Shown here: positions 18,815 through 28,854 of the stretch, piece by piece
How positions within the stretch are numbered: position 1 is the first letter of the stretch
Layout: each line of letters starts with the position of its first letter
Origin: Lichenicola sp.
Lineage (GTDB): Bacteria > Pseudomonadota > Alphaproteobacteria > Acetobacterales > Acetobacteraceae
NCBI RefSeq assembly: GCF_965198575.1
Contig: NZ_OZ240671.1
Coordinates: forward strand, 3,567,044 to 3,631,043
DNA: 64,000 nucleotides
Direction of reading: 5' to 3'
Position numbers and translations under genes: made by a program
Notes under the pieces: generated by a model
Told to the model about the DNA's origin: nothing
The model's input: only the letters and a program-made list of their open reading frames with translations
Database searches by the model: none

Positions 18815-20008
18815 ATGTTGGTCACGCGACGCGAGGCTCTCGTCGGCTTCGCTGCCTTAGGCTGTACCGCTTCAGCACTTGCGAAGGAGACCGTTCTGAT
18901 CGAACCTTTTCAAATCCCGTGGGATCCCGACATGGTTGCGGACCTCGATCGCCGCCTCGGGGCCACGCGCTGGCCCGATGCCGTCACGACCGATTGGTCC
19001 TACGGAATGGAGGAGGGCTTCCTCGCCAAACTGACGGCCTACTGGGAGCGCGACTATGCCTGGTCGGACCGCCGTGCAAAGCTGAACCGGCTTCCCCATT
19101 TCCGAGCCACGATCGATGGGTTCGGAGTGCATTTCCTGCATTTCCGCGGCTACGGGCGGAACGCCATTCCACTCCTCCTGATGAATGGCTGGCCATCCAG
19201 CTTCGTCGAATACCAGCGCCTGGCGCCGCTCCTGGCCGAGGGGGAACCGCCTTTCGATATCGTGATCCCCACATATCCAGGGTTCGGCTTTACCGATCGG
19301 CCGACGCGGCCCTACCAGGTCGAGCCGGCCGACCTCTATGCCAAGCTGATGACGGCACTTGGTCATGATCGCTTCATGGTGTCCGGCACGGACATCGGAA
19401 CAGGGGTCGCGACACGACTGGCGCTGGATTATCCCGATCGGGTTCTCGGGGTGCACATATCGGCTGTCTCACACAAGCCGGCCTCCGCGGGTGAACCGCC
19501 ACCCACTGCGGCGGAGCTCGCCTACATGGCAGCCGACGTGGTCTGGGATCGAGATGAGGGCGGATATCAGGCGATCCAGACGTCGCGGCCGCAAACCCTG
19601 GCGTTCGGGCTCGCAGATTCTCCCACAGGGCTCGCAAGCTGGATCGTGGACAAGTTTCGCGCCTGGTCCGATTGTCGCGGCGACGTCCTCTCGGTGTTCC
19701 CTGCGGAAACGCTGGTCGACAACCTGATGGTCTATTGGACGACCAACACCATCGCCTCCTCGAACCGCTACTATTACGAGGCCGTTCACCATCGTCCACG
19801 ATTGAGGCCGGAGACTTACGTACGTCCACCCACCGCCATAGCAATCTGGCCCCGCGACGTCGCGCTGCCGCCGCGCGAGATGGCCGAGCGGCTCTATAAT
19901 GTCCGGCGCTATACGGTCTTTCCGCGCGGAGGGCATTGCCCGGCTTGGGAGGCGCCCGAGTTATATGCCGACGACCTGCGGCAGTTTGCCATCTCGATCG
20001 CCGCCTGA
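18815..20008 (+). CDS. Epoxide hydrolase (EHN plus alpha/beta hydrolase), possible Tat-type leader
   Basis: NGWPSSF, GTDIG nucleophile, DSPTGLASWIVDKF, RGGH; N-terminus TRREALVG...ALA. Confidence 0.9.
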   Translation: MLVTRREALVGFAALGCTASALAKETVLIEPFQIPWDPDMVADLDRRLGATRWPDAVTTDWSYGMEEGFLAKLTAYWERDYAWSDRRAKLNRLPHFRATIDGFGVHFLHFRGYGRNAIPLLLMNGWPSSFVEYQRLAPLLAEGEPPFDIVIPTYPGFGFTDRPTRPYQVEPADLYAKLMTALGHDRFMVSGTDIGTGVATRLALDYPDRVLGVHISAVSHKPASAGEPPPTAAELAYMAADVVWDRDEGGYQAIQTSRPQTLAFGLADSPTGLASWIVDKFRAWSDCRGDVLSVFPAETLVDNLMVYWTTNTIASSNRYYYEAVHHRPRLRPETYVRPPTAIAIWPRDVALPPREMAERLYNVRRYTVFPRGGHCPAWEAPELYADDLRQFAISIAA

Positions 20009-20189
20009 ATGGCGACCTGGGCGCTGCTCAGCGTCCTCGCCGAACCGACCACTTGCACGCGCGCATCAGGCCGGGAGGAGGGCGAGGTCGACGTGATGCG
20101 GGTTCGGTCGTTCAAATCCTCTTTCGTCCGGTCCGGCAGCTTTGCTGGCATGGGCCCGGGATCGTGTGCCGTGTAACCGACGTCCCGAG

Positions 20190-20213
20190 TGCGACGAATG
20201 GTCATTCGTTGCA
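20190..20213. promoter_or_regulatory. Inverted repeat just upstream of the RBS, candidate operator
   Basis: TGCGACGAATG-GT-CATTCGTTGCA (11-bp arms, one mismatch), 14 bp before ATG 20228. Confidence 0.45.
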
Positions 20214-20227
20214 CCTGGGAGACTACG

Positions 20228-21472
20228 ATGACGAACCAGTACACGCGGCGCCTTCGGCTGACGGCCGCGACCGCGCTCACCTGCCTGCTGCCGACCTTGG
20301 CATTGGCGCAGTCCAGCACACCGAATGCCGCATCCGCGCCGGCAGCGCAGCCGCACGTCCTGTATGTCGAGAGCAACCTGACGGCGGCGGGACGGAACTC
20401 CATCCTCGCCTACGACATTGCCCCCGACGGCAGCCTGCATCCGAAGGCGGGATCGCCCTACCTGACCGGAGGCACGGGGTTCTTCGACACTACCTATGCC
20501 CTCGGACCGTTCGACAACGACCAGAACATCATTCTCAGCCCTGACAAGCGCGTGCTCTACGCCATCAACGGCGGCTCGAACACGATCGCGGTCATGCACG
20601 TGAAGGCGGATGGCAGCCTGGTTCCGTTCTCGCAGTCACCCGTCGCCGCGCACGGGGCGACGCCGGTTTCGCTCGGGCTGCACGACAACACGCTGGTGAC
20701 AGCCGACTACGCCATCAACCCGGCGGCGCCCGACAGCGACATCGCTCCGCGCCTGAACGTGTTCGATGTTGCGCCAAATGGGTCGCTCGATTACCTGCCG
20801 TACACGGAAACCTATCTCCATCCCGGCGCCGATCCGAGCCAGGTGCTGACCACCAACACCGGGCCGTTCGTGTTCACCTCCGGGTTTCCGAGCGGCAGCG
20901 TGATCGACTCCTACGCGCAAATTCCAGGCGGCTACCTGTTCAAGACAGGAACCGTGACGCCTCCGGTCGAGAACGGATCGAAAGCGCTGGTGCTTGGGTT
21001 GTGGGCCAATCCGCATGCGCCGTACGTGTATGCCGGCCTGGTCACCAACAATCTGCTCGCGACCTATCGCTATGACGAGTTCGGCCAGTTGAAGCTGGTC
21101 GGAACCTCCACCGATTCCGGCCAGGGCCTCTGCTGGCTGCGCACCAGCCACGACGGTCACTATTTGTATGCGTCCAACACCGGTGATCAGTCGATCTCGG
21201 TGTTCGACTTGTCCAACCCTGGACGACCGGTCGAAATCCAGCACGTCGTCGCCGGTGGTGTGGGCGGCTTCAACCAGTTCTCGCTCGATCCGGACGAGAA
21301 CTTCCTCTACGTGCTGCAGGAGGAGAACAGCGCCGCCTCGGCAAACAAGAGCAACAAGGTGTACGCCTACAAGGTCGACCATGCGACAGGCAGGCTCACC
21401 TTCCTGAGCAACCTGACGATCTCGCTGCCGGTCCCGTCGCAGACCCGCACCATCGGCCTCGCGATCCGCTAG
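20228..21472 (+). CDS. Secreted beta-propeller protein, lactonase (Pgl/YbhE)-like
   Basis: Signal peptide; repeated blades (LYAINGGSNTIAV, YLYASNTGDQSISVFD, FLYVL). Confidence 0.75.
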   Translation: MTNQYTRRLRLTAATALTCLLPTLALAQSSTPNAASAPAAQPHVLYVESNLTAAGRNSILAYDIAPDGSLHPKAGSPYLTGGTGFFDTTYALGPFDNDQNIILSPDKRVLYAINGGSNTIAVMHVKADGSLVPFSQSPVAAHGATPVSLGLHDNTLVTADYAINPAAPDSDIAPRLNVFDVAPNGSLDYLPYTETYLHPGADPSQVLTTNTGPFVFTSGFPSGSVIDSYAQIPGGYLFKTGTVTPPVENGSKALVLGLWANPHAPYVYAGLVTNNLLATYRYDEFGQLKLVGTSTDSGQGLCWLRTSHDGHYLYASNTGDQSISVFDLSNPGRPVEIQHVVAGGVGGFNQFSLDPDENFLYVLQEENSAASANKSNKVYAYKVDHATGRLTFLSNLTISLPVPSQTRTIGLAIR

Positions 21473-21732
21473 AGGTGCTCATGCACGTCTCATCAGGCAC
21501 CACCTGCCGCTGGTCCGCCGATCCGGGCTCCATGCCCGCGAGGAGGTAGAGCGCGAACACGGCGCAGCGGTGTGATCCTGGAGGCGCCGCAAGCGTCCCG
21601 GCCGCCACCATCGAGGTGGTAGCCGGGCTTCGTCGGCGCCGCCCGATCCCGAAGGTCGAGGCGCCGGCGCGACCTTCTCGCGAACGGCGGCACTCCCGGG
21701 CGATTACGGTCGTGGGCATTCCGCATCGTCGC

Positions 21733-23127
21733 TCAATGCGCGTCATGAGCAGCCGGCGACACTACCGCGAAGAGCATGTTGAGGCCCTCTGCGATCGTCG
21801 GGTGAGCCAGGATCGCGTCGCGGAGCACGGTGTAGGGCACGAGGCCGAGCATCGCGGTCTGCACGGTCGTCATCACCTCGCCGGCCCGCTCGCCCAGCAT
21901 CGCGAAGCCGAGGATCAGGTCGGTGTCGGCGGCGACCAGACACTTCATGAAGCCCTTCCGGCTCGACATCGTCCGTGCGCGCGGGACGAGGTCCATCGAC
22001 AGCCTGGCCAGGCGGTATGGGATGCCGCCACGTTGCGCCTCCTGCTCGTTGATGCCGACGCGGGCAAATTCCGGCTCGATGAACAGGCAGGACGGGATCA
22101 ATCGCCCGGTCGTCGTGCGCTCCCCGCCCGCGATGACGCTCCTGGCCACGCGATAATCATCGAGTGAGGCATGCGTGAACATCGGCGTGCCGGCTGCCTC
22201 GCCGAGCGCCCAGATGTCCGCAGCACTGGTCGCCAGCCGCTCGTCGACCGTGATGAAGCCGCGGTCGTCGCGTGCCACGCCGGCGATTTCCAGCCCGATC
22301 CCCGATGTCATCGGCACCCGCCCGGTCGCGACGAGAAGGTGGGAGCCCTCGATCACCCGGCCGTCGCCGATCGTCACCGCGACGCCTCGCCCGGACACGC
22401 CCGCAACGCTCCGGGCACGTGCGTTGCCGACGACCTCGATGCCGTCCGCCGCGAACAGCCCGGCGATCGCGGCTGCCACGTCGTCGTCCTCGCGCGGCGC
22501 CATGCGTGGTCCGGCATCGAGCATCACGACCTCGCTGCCGAGTGCCCGGAAGGCGTGTCCGAGTTCCATGCCGATATAGCCGGCGCCCATCACGACCAGG
22601 CGTGTCGGCAATTCATTCAGCTGCAGCGCCTCGACATGGGTCAGCGGAAGCGCTTCGGCCATCCCGGGAAGATCGGGGATGGCGGCCCGCGTGCCGAGGT
22701 TGAGATAGATCCGCTCTCCGGTCAGCCGGCGCGTGCCGCCTGGCTGGGCGACCTCGATGACGCGCGGCTCGACGAAGCGTCCCCAGCCCAGGACCAGCTC
22801 GAAGCCGCTGGCATCGAATGCCTTCCGGTTCAGCGCGACCATCCCGCCGACGATCCCGGCGGTCCGGGCTGCGACCTGCGCCATATCCAGTCGCGACCCG
22901 TCGACGAGGGTGCCGAACTCGTCGGACCGATCGACGAGTGTCGCGATCTCGGCGCTGCGGATCAGCGCCTTGGACGGGATGCAGGCGATGTTGATGCAGG
23001 ATCCACCGATCATCCCGACCTCGACCACCGCGACCCGTCGCCCGGCACGGGTCTGGTCCATCGCCAGTGTCTTGCCGGCCTTGCCGCCGCCAAGGATGAG
23101 AATGTCGACGTGTTCCGTTGCTGCCAT
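21733..23127 (-). CDS. Class I pyridine nucleotide-disulfide oxidoreductase, RclA/YkgC-like
   Basis: GGGKAG, GGSCINIACIPSK, GAGYIG, GRVP, HPTIAEGLNMLF; no MerA C-terminal Cys pair; ATG 23127 with GGAG RBS. Confidence 0.85.
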   Translation of the reverse strand: MAATEHVDILILGGGKAGKTLAMDQTRAGRRVAVVEVGMIGGSCINIACIPSKALIRSAEIATLVDRSDEFGTLVDGSRLDMAQVAARTAGIVGGMVALNRKAFDASGFELVLGWGRFVEPRVIEVAQPGGTRRLTGERIYLNLGTRAAIPDLPGMAEALPLTHVEALQLNELPTRLVVMGAGYIGMELGHAFRALGSEVVMLDAGPRMAPREDDDVAAAIAGLFAADGIEVVGNARARSVAGVSGRGVAVTIGDGRVIEGSHLLVATGRVPMTSGIGLEIAGVARDDRGFITVDERLATSAADIWALGEAAGTPMFTHASLDDYRVARSVIAGGERTTTGRLIPSCLFIEPEFARVGINEQEAQRGGIPYRLARLSMDLVPRARTMSSRKGFMKCLVAADTDLILGFAMLGERAGEVMTTVQTAMLGLVPYTVLRDAILAHPTIAEGLNMLFAVVSPAAHDAH

Positions 23128-23460
23128 GGAATGCTCCTCTCCGGACAGGACGCCTCCCGGATCGCCCCGGAGGCAACTGCGCTCGCCATTCAGCTCCCGG
23201 CAGTGCGCTTCGGCGAAGGCTCGCGCCGCAGACATCATGCATCTGGCACTATGCTGTGCGGCGGTTTTCTTGCGTGGTCGCATCGGCTGAGCCGGATGAA
23301 GCAGACAGGGCCGACAGCGGCGGCGTCGCTGTCGAGCCGGGGCGCGATTTGAAATCAGCCCTGCGGCGCTCGGCACTGTTTCGGCCGGGAACCGGGTTCC
23401 GGCCGCTGCGGCCGCCAGGAACAGCGGCGGATCACGAGGCCAGGCCGATGGCAGATCCGG

Positions 23461-24894
23461 TCAATGGGCCTGGGTCCCGGGTGAGGCGCGCCGGATCATG
23501 CAGAACGCAGCCAGCGCCCCGGCAAGGCACGATCCGGCGGCGCACAGGGTGGCGACATGGAAGGCGCCGACCAGGGCGCTGCCGGTTGCCGCCAGAACCG
23601 GGCCGATCAGCGCAGTGGCGACCAGGCCGCCTGTCCGGGCGACCGCGCTGTTCAGCCCGGAGGCAGAGCCGGTGTAGTCGGCGCCGACCGAGCCCAGCAC
23701 CGCGCTGGTCAGCGGCGCCACGGCACCGGCGAGGCCGATCGACACCGTCAGCAGCGCCGGGAGCACATCCGTCCAGTAGCTCACCGGCGGTGAGATCCGC
23801 AGCATCATGACGAAGCCGGCCGCGACGATGGCAGGCCCGATCGTCAGCGGCAGGCGCGGCCCGACCCGGCCGGCCATGCTCCCCGCCAGCGGCGAGAGCA
23901 CCGCGAGCAGCAGCGGCAACGGCAGCAGGGCCGCTCCGGCCATGGCGGCCGAATACCCGCCCGCCTGGATCAGCACGAACGGCAGCAGTACGAACAGGCC
24001 GCCGAGCGCCCCGTACACGAGCAGTGTCAGCAGCGTCAGGCCGGTGAAGCTCGTGGAGCCGAACATCGCGAGCGGCATCATCGCCGCGTCGCCGCGTCGT
24101 CGCTCCACCACCAGGAACAGCAGCAGCGCTATGACACCCACTCCCGCTCCGCCAGCCACGGACGCCGACCAGCCGAGGCGCCCCGACCCCTCGGTCAGGG
24201 CCCAGCTGACCAGGCCCAGCCCGGCGGTGGCGAACAGGGCGCCCGACAGGTCGAGCTTCCGTACGGTGCTGGCCGGGGTCGCCGGAATCGCCCGCCTGGC
24301 AAGGACCAGCGCGGCGCCGGCCAGTGGCAGGTTGATCAGGAACACCGCGCGCCAGCCCACGGTATCGACTAGGACGCCACCCAGCATCGGCCCGACGGCA
24401 CCGGCGATCGCGCCGGTGGCGGCCCAGATCCCGATCGCCCGGCCGCGCGCCTCGCCGGAAAAGGTGTCGCCCAGCACTGCCAGGCTGGTCGGCATCAGCA
24501 TGGCGGCACCGCAGCCCTGCAGGATGCGGGCTGCCACCAGCGTCGGCAGGCCGGGCGCCAGCGCGCATGCCAGCGAGGCAAGGCCGAACAGCAGGATGCC
24601 CGCGAGCAGCAACGGGCGGCGGCCCCAGCGGTCGGCCGCCGCACCGCCGAGCAGCAGGAGGGCCGACAAGGGCAGCAGGTAGCCGTTGACGATCCATTGC
24701 AGGCCGCTCGCCGGCGCGTCCAGGGCGTGGCCGATCGCCGGCAGTGCGACATTGACCACCGAGCCGTCCACGAAGGCGAGGCTGGAGGCCAGGATGCAGG
24801 TTGCCAGCACCAGGCGAGGGTAGGGCGCCTGGACCGGCTCTGCGCGCGCATGAACGGCAGTGCGGTCGCATTGCGATTGCGCGAGCGAGGTCAC
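23461..24894 (-). CDS. MFS transporter, DHA2 (14-TMS) family
   Basis: DGSVVNVALP, GYLLPLSALLLLGGAAADRWGRR, ARILQGCGAA, ASGLNSAVARTG; start approximate. Confidence 0.9.
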   Translation of the reverse strand: MTSLAQSQCDRTAVHARAEPVQAPYPRLVLATCILASSLAFVDGSVVNVALPAIGHALDAPASGLQWIVNGYLLPLSALLLLGGAAADRWGRRPLLLAGILLFGLASLACALAPGLPTLVAARILQGCGAAMLMPTSLAVLGDTFSGEARGRAIGIWAATGAIAGAVGPMLGGVLVDTVGWRAVFLINLPLAGAALVLARRAIPATPASTVRKLDLSGALFATAGLGLVSWALTEGSGRLGWSASVAGGAGVGVIALLLFLVVERRRGDAAMMPLAMFGSTSFTGLTLLTLLVYGALGGLFVLLPFVLIQAGGYSAAMAGAALLPLPLLLAVLSPLAGSMAGRVGPRLPLTIGPAIVAAGFVMMLRISPPVSYWTDVLPALLTVSIGLAGAVAPLTSAVLGSVGADYTGSASGLNSAVARTGGLVATALIGPVLAATGSALVGAFHVATLCAAGSCLAGALAAFCMIRRASPGTQAH

Positions 24895-25591
24895 GCGTGC
24901 GGCAGCAGTGCTTGCTGCAGGCCGATACGCCCTTCGACACGGTTCCGCCCGAGCTTGCCGTCGGCACCGCTCCTGCTGGCGCGCGCCCGCTGCTGCCGGA
25001 CCCAGGCGACGCCGTTTTTCGTGCGGTTGGTCCACTCCTGCACGCGGAAGCCCTGCTGCTCCAGAAGCTGGCGCATGTTGTCGGGGCTCAGCAGGAAGCC
25101 GGTGTCCTGGCTGGTCGACCACGAGACCGGGAAATGCGGCGCTTCGCCCGAGCCGGCCACGACGTCATAGACGACGAAGCAGCCACCCGGCTGCAGCACG
25201 CGGCGGATCTTCGCGTGGCGGGCCGGCCGGTCGGCGATGGTCATGGCGACGTGCTGCGACCAGGCGACATCGAAACCGGCATCGGCGAACGGCACGGCCA
25301 GTGCGTTCGCAGCACGGTAGCGCACCGTATCGGCCAGGCCGGTCAGCCCCGACAGCACCGTGGCCGCCTCCACGCAGCTCGAGAGAAATCGATACCCGTG
25401 ACAGTGCACCCGAAACTTGCCGCCAGATAGCGGGATGAACCGCCCAGGCCGCTGGTGTGGAACTGGTCCAGCGGCGCCGGCTCCGATGCAGACAGGCGAC
25501 GGCCCCCAAGGCCTTTTTCTACAAGGGCGGCAAAGAGTCGGCCGGACAACCCGGTGCTATCGTAATGACTCGTATTCGAGGTTGGCGCCAT
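24891..25591 (-). pseudogene. Class I SAM methyltransferase (sarcosine/dimethylglycine N-methyltransferase-like), internally deleted and frameshifted
   Basis: LDQFHT joined directly to SGLGG (intervening motif-I segment missing); frameshift near 25385; FDVAWSQHVAMTIADR and RRVLQPGG downstream. Confidence 0.75.
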
Positions 25592-25836
25592 CAGCCAGAC
25601 TTTCAAATCGGCAGTCCGTTTCAGGTCGAAACCACATGCACCGCTGAGCGAAACGAGCCTTCAAGCTTCGGTCAGGCGAGACCGGCCGCGCCGGCCATCA
25701 TCGTCCTTCGGCGTGCCCACGGCCGCAACAGCGTCCCGGGAACCACCACCTCTACCTGCCCGGTTGGGACATCGTAAACGAGTCCATCGAGAGCGAGATC
25801 ACGTTGCAGGTTTCCCACCGGCACGTCCTGGTCCGC

Positions 25837-25990
25837 GCCCTCTGCCGTCTGCACTTGGTCAATGTCGAGGTGGAACAAGCCGATCGGATAGCCGGGCATT
25901 CCTGCTTGCCTGGTTTGTCACCCTGGACCCCGGGCAGGCGGAAATCGCGTGACGCTGCAGACAGCTGCAATGACGAGCGGGATGTAAGGC
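25837..25990 (-). mobile_element. Degraded IS481-family transposase remnant
   Basis: Across frames: LT.RSSL / CLQRHAIS / RLPGVQGDKPGK / YPIGLFHLDIDQVQTAEG, matching the IS481-type segment LTRSSLHRCLQRHGISRLPDVEGDKP...YPIGYFHIDIAEVQTAEG as I recall it. Confidence 0.7.
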
Positions 25991-26159
25991 ACTTCAATCC
26001 CTTAGCCGCCCAGATCGCTGCCGTTTCAGATCCGGCGACGCGCTCGACTGGCCCATCCTGCGGCCTGACTCGGAGAACGGAGGCTATCTCCTTGGAGTCG
26101 CACGACCTCCCAGAAAAGTGGCGCTCGGCACCGTAAAAGACGCTTCCGTCATGATCCAT

Positions 26160-26174
26160 GTTCACTATACGTTC
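26160..26174 (+). promoter_or_regulatory. Alphaproteobacterial LexA (SOS) box
   Basis: GTTC-ACTATAC-GTTC, an exact GTTC-N7-GTTC, 33 bp upstream of the imuA start. Confidence 0.85.
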
Positions 26175-26207
26175 CGCTCTCGGGACCGGAAGAGAGGGAG
26201 GAACATC

Positions 26208-26972
26208 GTGACGGCAATCGCACTTTCCGCCCTGCGTGCGCAGATCTCGGCGCTGGAACGAGGCGGCGCCAAACACCCTGCAGGGGCTGCCGTGCTGCCG
26301 TTCGGGATCGAGGCGGTGGATCGCCACCTGCCCGGTGGTGGCCTGGCCCTTGGTGCCGTGCATGAGGTGTCTGCCGCCGGCCCGGAGGTGGAGCAGGGTG
26401 CCTGCGCGGCGCTGTTTGCAGCCGGGCTGCTGGCGCGTCGGCCAGGTCCGGTGCTCTGGATCCTGGGCCGGCAGGACCTGTTCAGCGCCGGACTGGCCGG
26501 TGCCGGGCTGGATCCCGCGCGCCTGGTTCTGGTGCGGGCGCGACAGCAGGCGCTGCTGGCGATGGAGGAGGGGCTCCGGCATCCCGATCTCGCCGGTGTG
26601 GTTTGCGAGATCGAGGGCCGTCTCGACCTGGTCGCATCGCGTCGCCTGCAACTCGCCGCGGAAGCCTCCGACGTGCTGGGCCTGGTGCTGCGCCGCAGCC
26701 GCAAGTTCAACGACCCTGCGCTCACCGCGCCCTCTGCCGCATCCAGCCGCTGGCGGATCAGCGGCCTGCCGTCGCCGCCTCCGCTGGCGCATGCCCCGGA
26801 CCTGGCCGGGCTTGGCCGACCGCTCTGGCGCCTCGAGCTGCTGCGCTGTCGCGGCGCAGACTCTGCAACCTGGATCGTGGAGGCCAGCGATGCGTCGGGT
26901 CATCTCGCTTTGGCTTCCGTTCTGGCCGACCGAACGGCTGCGCCGGCACCACTCCGCCGCGCTGCCGGCTGA
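26208..26972 (+). CDS. imuA: Mutagenesis protein ImuA
   Basis: LPFGIEAVDRHLPGGGLALGAVHEV, AMEEGLRH, SRRLQLAAE, RLELLRCRG; GGAG RBS before GTG 26208. Confidence 0.9.
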   Translation: MTAIALSALRAQISALERGGAKHPAGAAVLPFGIEAVDRHLPGGGLALGAVHEVSAAGPEVEQGACAALFAAGLLARRPGPVLWILGRQDLFSAGLAGAGLDPARLVLVRARQQALLAMEEGLRHPDLAGVVCEIEGRLDLVASRRLQLAAEASDVLGLVLRRSRKFNDPALTAPSAASSRWRISGLPSPPPLAHAPDLAGLGRPLWRLELLRCRGADSATWIVEASDASGHLALASVLADRTAAPAPLRRAAG

Positions 26973-28410
26973 TGCCCCGCTGGTCACGCGCGGCCATGAC
27001 GGACGTCGGATGACGATCGCCGCCGCCTGTCCGGCCGCGCGCCAGCTGGGACTGCAGGCCGGGATGCCGCTCGCGCATGCGCAGGCCATGGTTCCGGATC
27101 TGACGATCGTCGATGCCACGCCGGCCGACGATGCGGAGGCGCTGGAGCGGCTCGCCGCCTGGTGCCTGCGGCTATCACCGATGACCGCGGCGGACCCGCC
27201 GGACGGTGTCTGGATCGACGCGACCGGCTGCACCCATCTGCACGGCGGCGAGCAGCCGATGCTGCGGATGCTGTCGGAGCATCTGGCCCGGTCCGGCCTC
27301 ACCGGACGGATCGCGATCGCCGATACCCCGGGTGCCGCGCATGCGGTTGCACGCTACGGCGATCACCCGGTGACGCTGATTGCACCGGACGGGCAGGCGG
27401 CTGCCATCGCACCGCTCCCGATCGCCGCCCTGCGCCTCGACGCCGACACCGCAGCCGGCCTGTGCCGCCTCGGACTGGAGACCGTCGGCCAGCTTGTCGG
27501 CGCGTCCCGAGCGCCGCTGGCCAGGCGGTTCGGCAACGGGCTGATGATCCGCCTCGACCAGGCGACTGGCCGGGTGCGGGAGCCGATCCAGCCCGTGCTG
27601 CCACCCGAAACGATCGCGATCCGCCGCACCTTCGTCGAGCCGCTTTCGACCGCCGAAGCCTTCGTGACGGTGATCCTGGTGCTGGTCAGGCAAGCCTGCA
27701 CGCTCATGGAGCAGCGCGGCGAGGGTGCCCGCCGGCTCGACCTGGTGTTCGAGCGCGTCGATGCGACGGTGCAGGTGATCCGGATCGGCACTGCGCGACC
27801 GGTGCGCGATGTCCGGCATCTGGCGCGACTGCTGGACGAGCGGGTCGAGGAGGTCGATCCCGGTCCCGGGGTCGAGGCCATGCGCCTGGTGCTGCCGCTG
27901 GTCGAGCCGCTTGCCTACACGCAGCGGAGCGGCGGCCTAGCTCCGGGCGACAAGGACGAGGCCGATCTGTCGGAGCTGATCGACCGGCTGGTGAACCGTC
28001 TTGGACCCGACAAGGTGCATCGGCTGCAGGCGGTCGAGAGCGATGTGCCGGAGCGGTCGCAGCACCTTGTCTCGGTGTATGCGCCGGCCGCCGCGAGCAC
28101 GCCCGTCTCCCCCTGGCCGCGACCGGTCAGGTTGTTGCCGCGTCCCGAGCCGGTCGAGGCCCTGGCGATGATGCCGGACCACCCGCCCCGGGCCTTCACC
28201 TGGCGCAAGATCCGGCATCGCATCCGGCGTGCGGACGGGCCCGAGCGGATCACCGGCGAGTGGTGGCACCGGTCCTCCGAAATCTCGGCGGTGCGTGACT
28301 ACTGGACGGTCGAGAACGACGAGGGCCGGCGCTTCTGGCTGTTCCGCCAGGGTGACGGCGTCGATCCGGCGACCGGCGGTCTCTCCTGGTTCCTGCACGG
28401 CTTTTTCTGA
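26890..28410 (+). CDS. imuB: Y-family polymerase-like scaffold ImuB
   Basis: MRRVISLWLP, DGVWIDATG, LPIAALRL, RPVRLLPRPEP, GPERITGEWW, RDYW, WFLHGFF. Confidence 0.93.
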   Translation: MRRVISLWLPFWPTERLRRHHSAALPADAPLVTRGHDGRRMTIAAACPAARQLGLQAGMPLAHAQAMVPDLTIVDATPADDAEALERLAAWCLRLSPMTAADPPDGVWIDATGCTHLHGGEQPMLRMLSEHLARSGLTGRIAIADTPGAAHAVARYGDHPVTLIAPDGQAAAIAPLPIAALRLDADTAAGLCRLGLETVGQLVGASRAPLARRFGNGLMIRLDQATGRVREPIQPVLPPETIAIRRTFVEPLSTAEAFVTVILVLVRQACTLMEQRGEGARRLDLVFERVDATVQVIRIGTARPVRDVRHLARLLDERVEEVDPGPGVEAMRLVLPLVEPLAYTQRSGGLAPGDKDEADLSELIDRLVNRLGPDKVHRLQAVESDVPERSQHLVSVYAPAAASTPVSPWPRPVRLLPRPEPVEALAMMPDHPPRAFTWRKIRHRIRRADGPERITGEWWHRSSEISAVRDYWTVENDEGRRFWLFRQGDGVDPATGGLSWFLHGFF

Positions 28411-28426
28411 TTGCGATGTTCCTGCC

Positions 28427-28666
28427 ATGACCGACGACGACAAACGCACCCTCCGCCCGGCAAGTGCCGAGGAGATCGAGCAGAGCCTGTCCTTTGCGCT
28501 GCGCTATGATGGCCGCAAGCGGGTCCGCCACGCCGACGACGCCATGGCACGGATCACTGCCGAACGGCTGGTGGCACATCTCGAACGTTCCGGCTACGTG
28601 CTGATGAAGCGACCGGACGCCAGAGCGCCGTCGATCAGCGACAACCGGTACTCGAACAACGACTGA
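28427..28666 (+). CDS. Small hypothetical protein (79 aa) inside the imu cassette
   Basis: ATG 16 bp after the imuB stop; protein-like sequence (LSFALRYDGRKR..HADDAMARITAERLVAHLERSG). Confidence 0.7.
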   Translation: MTDDDKRTLRPASAEEIEQSLSFALRYDGRKRVRHADDAMARITAERLVAHLERSGYVLMKRPDARAPSISDNRYSNND

Positions 28667-28854
28667 TCAAGTACGATTGCCCTTGTAGAGTCCATGAATT
28701 CAGGTCCCCTCGTGAAACTCGGGAATGATGCCGTCATGCGGCTGCGGCGGACCCGAACGCTGGTGTTCATCCTCTTGGACAAGAGGTCCAGGTTTCTTTC
28801 GCCATCTGAAGGCATCTTCAATCATTCGCAATTGTCCAGACTCGTTGCGCGCCA

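Noticed and set aside
21480-21730. Possible cupin-like remnant (PPGSHRCAVFALYLLAG)
   Set aside because: Similarity too short and weak to support without a search.
21733-23127. Mercuric reductase MerA
   Set aside because: No HMA domain, no C-terminal Cys-Cys and no mer genes nearby.
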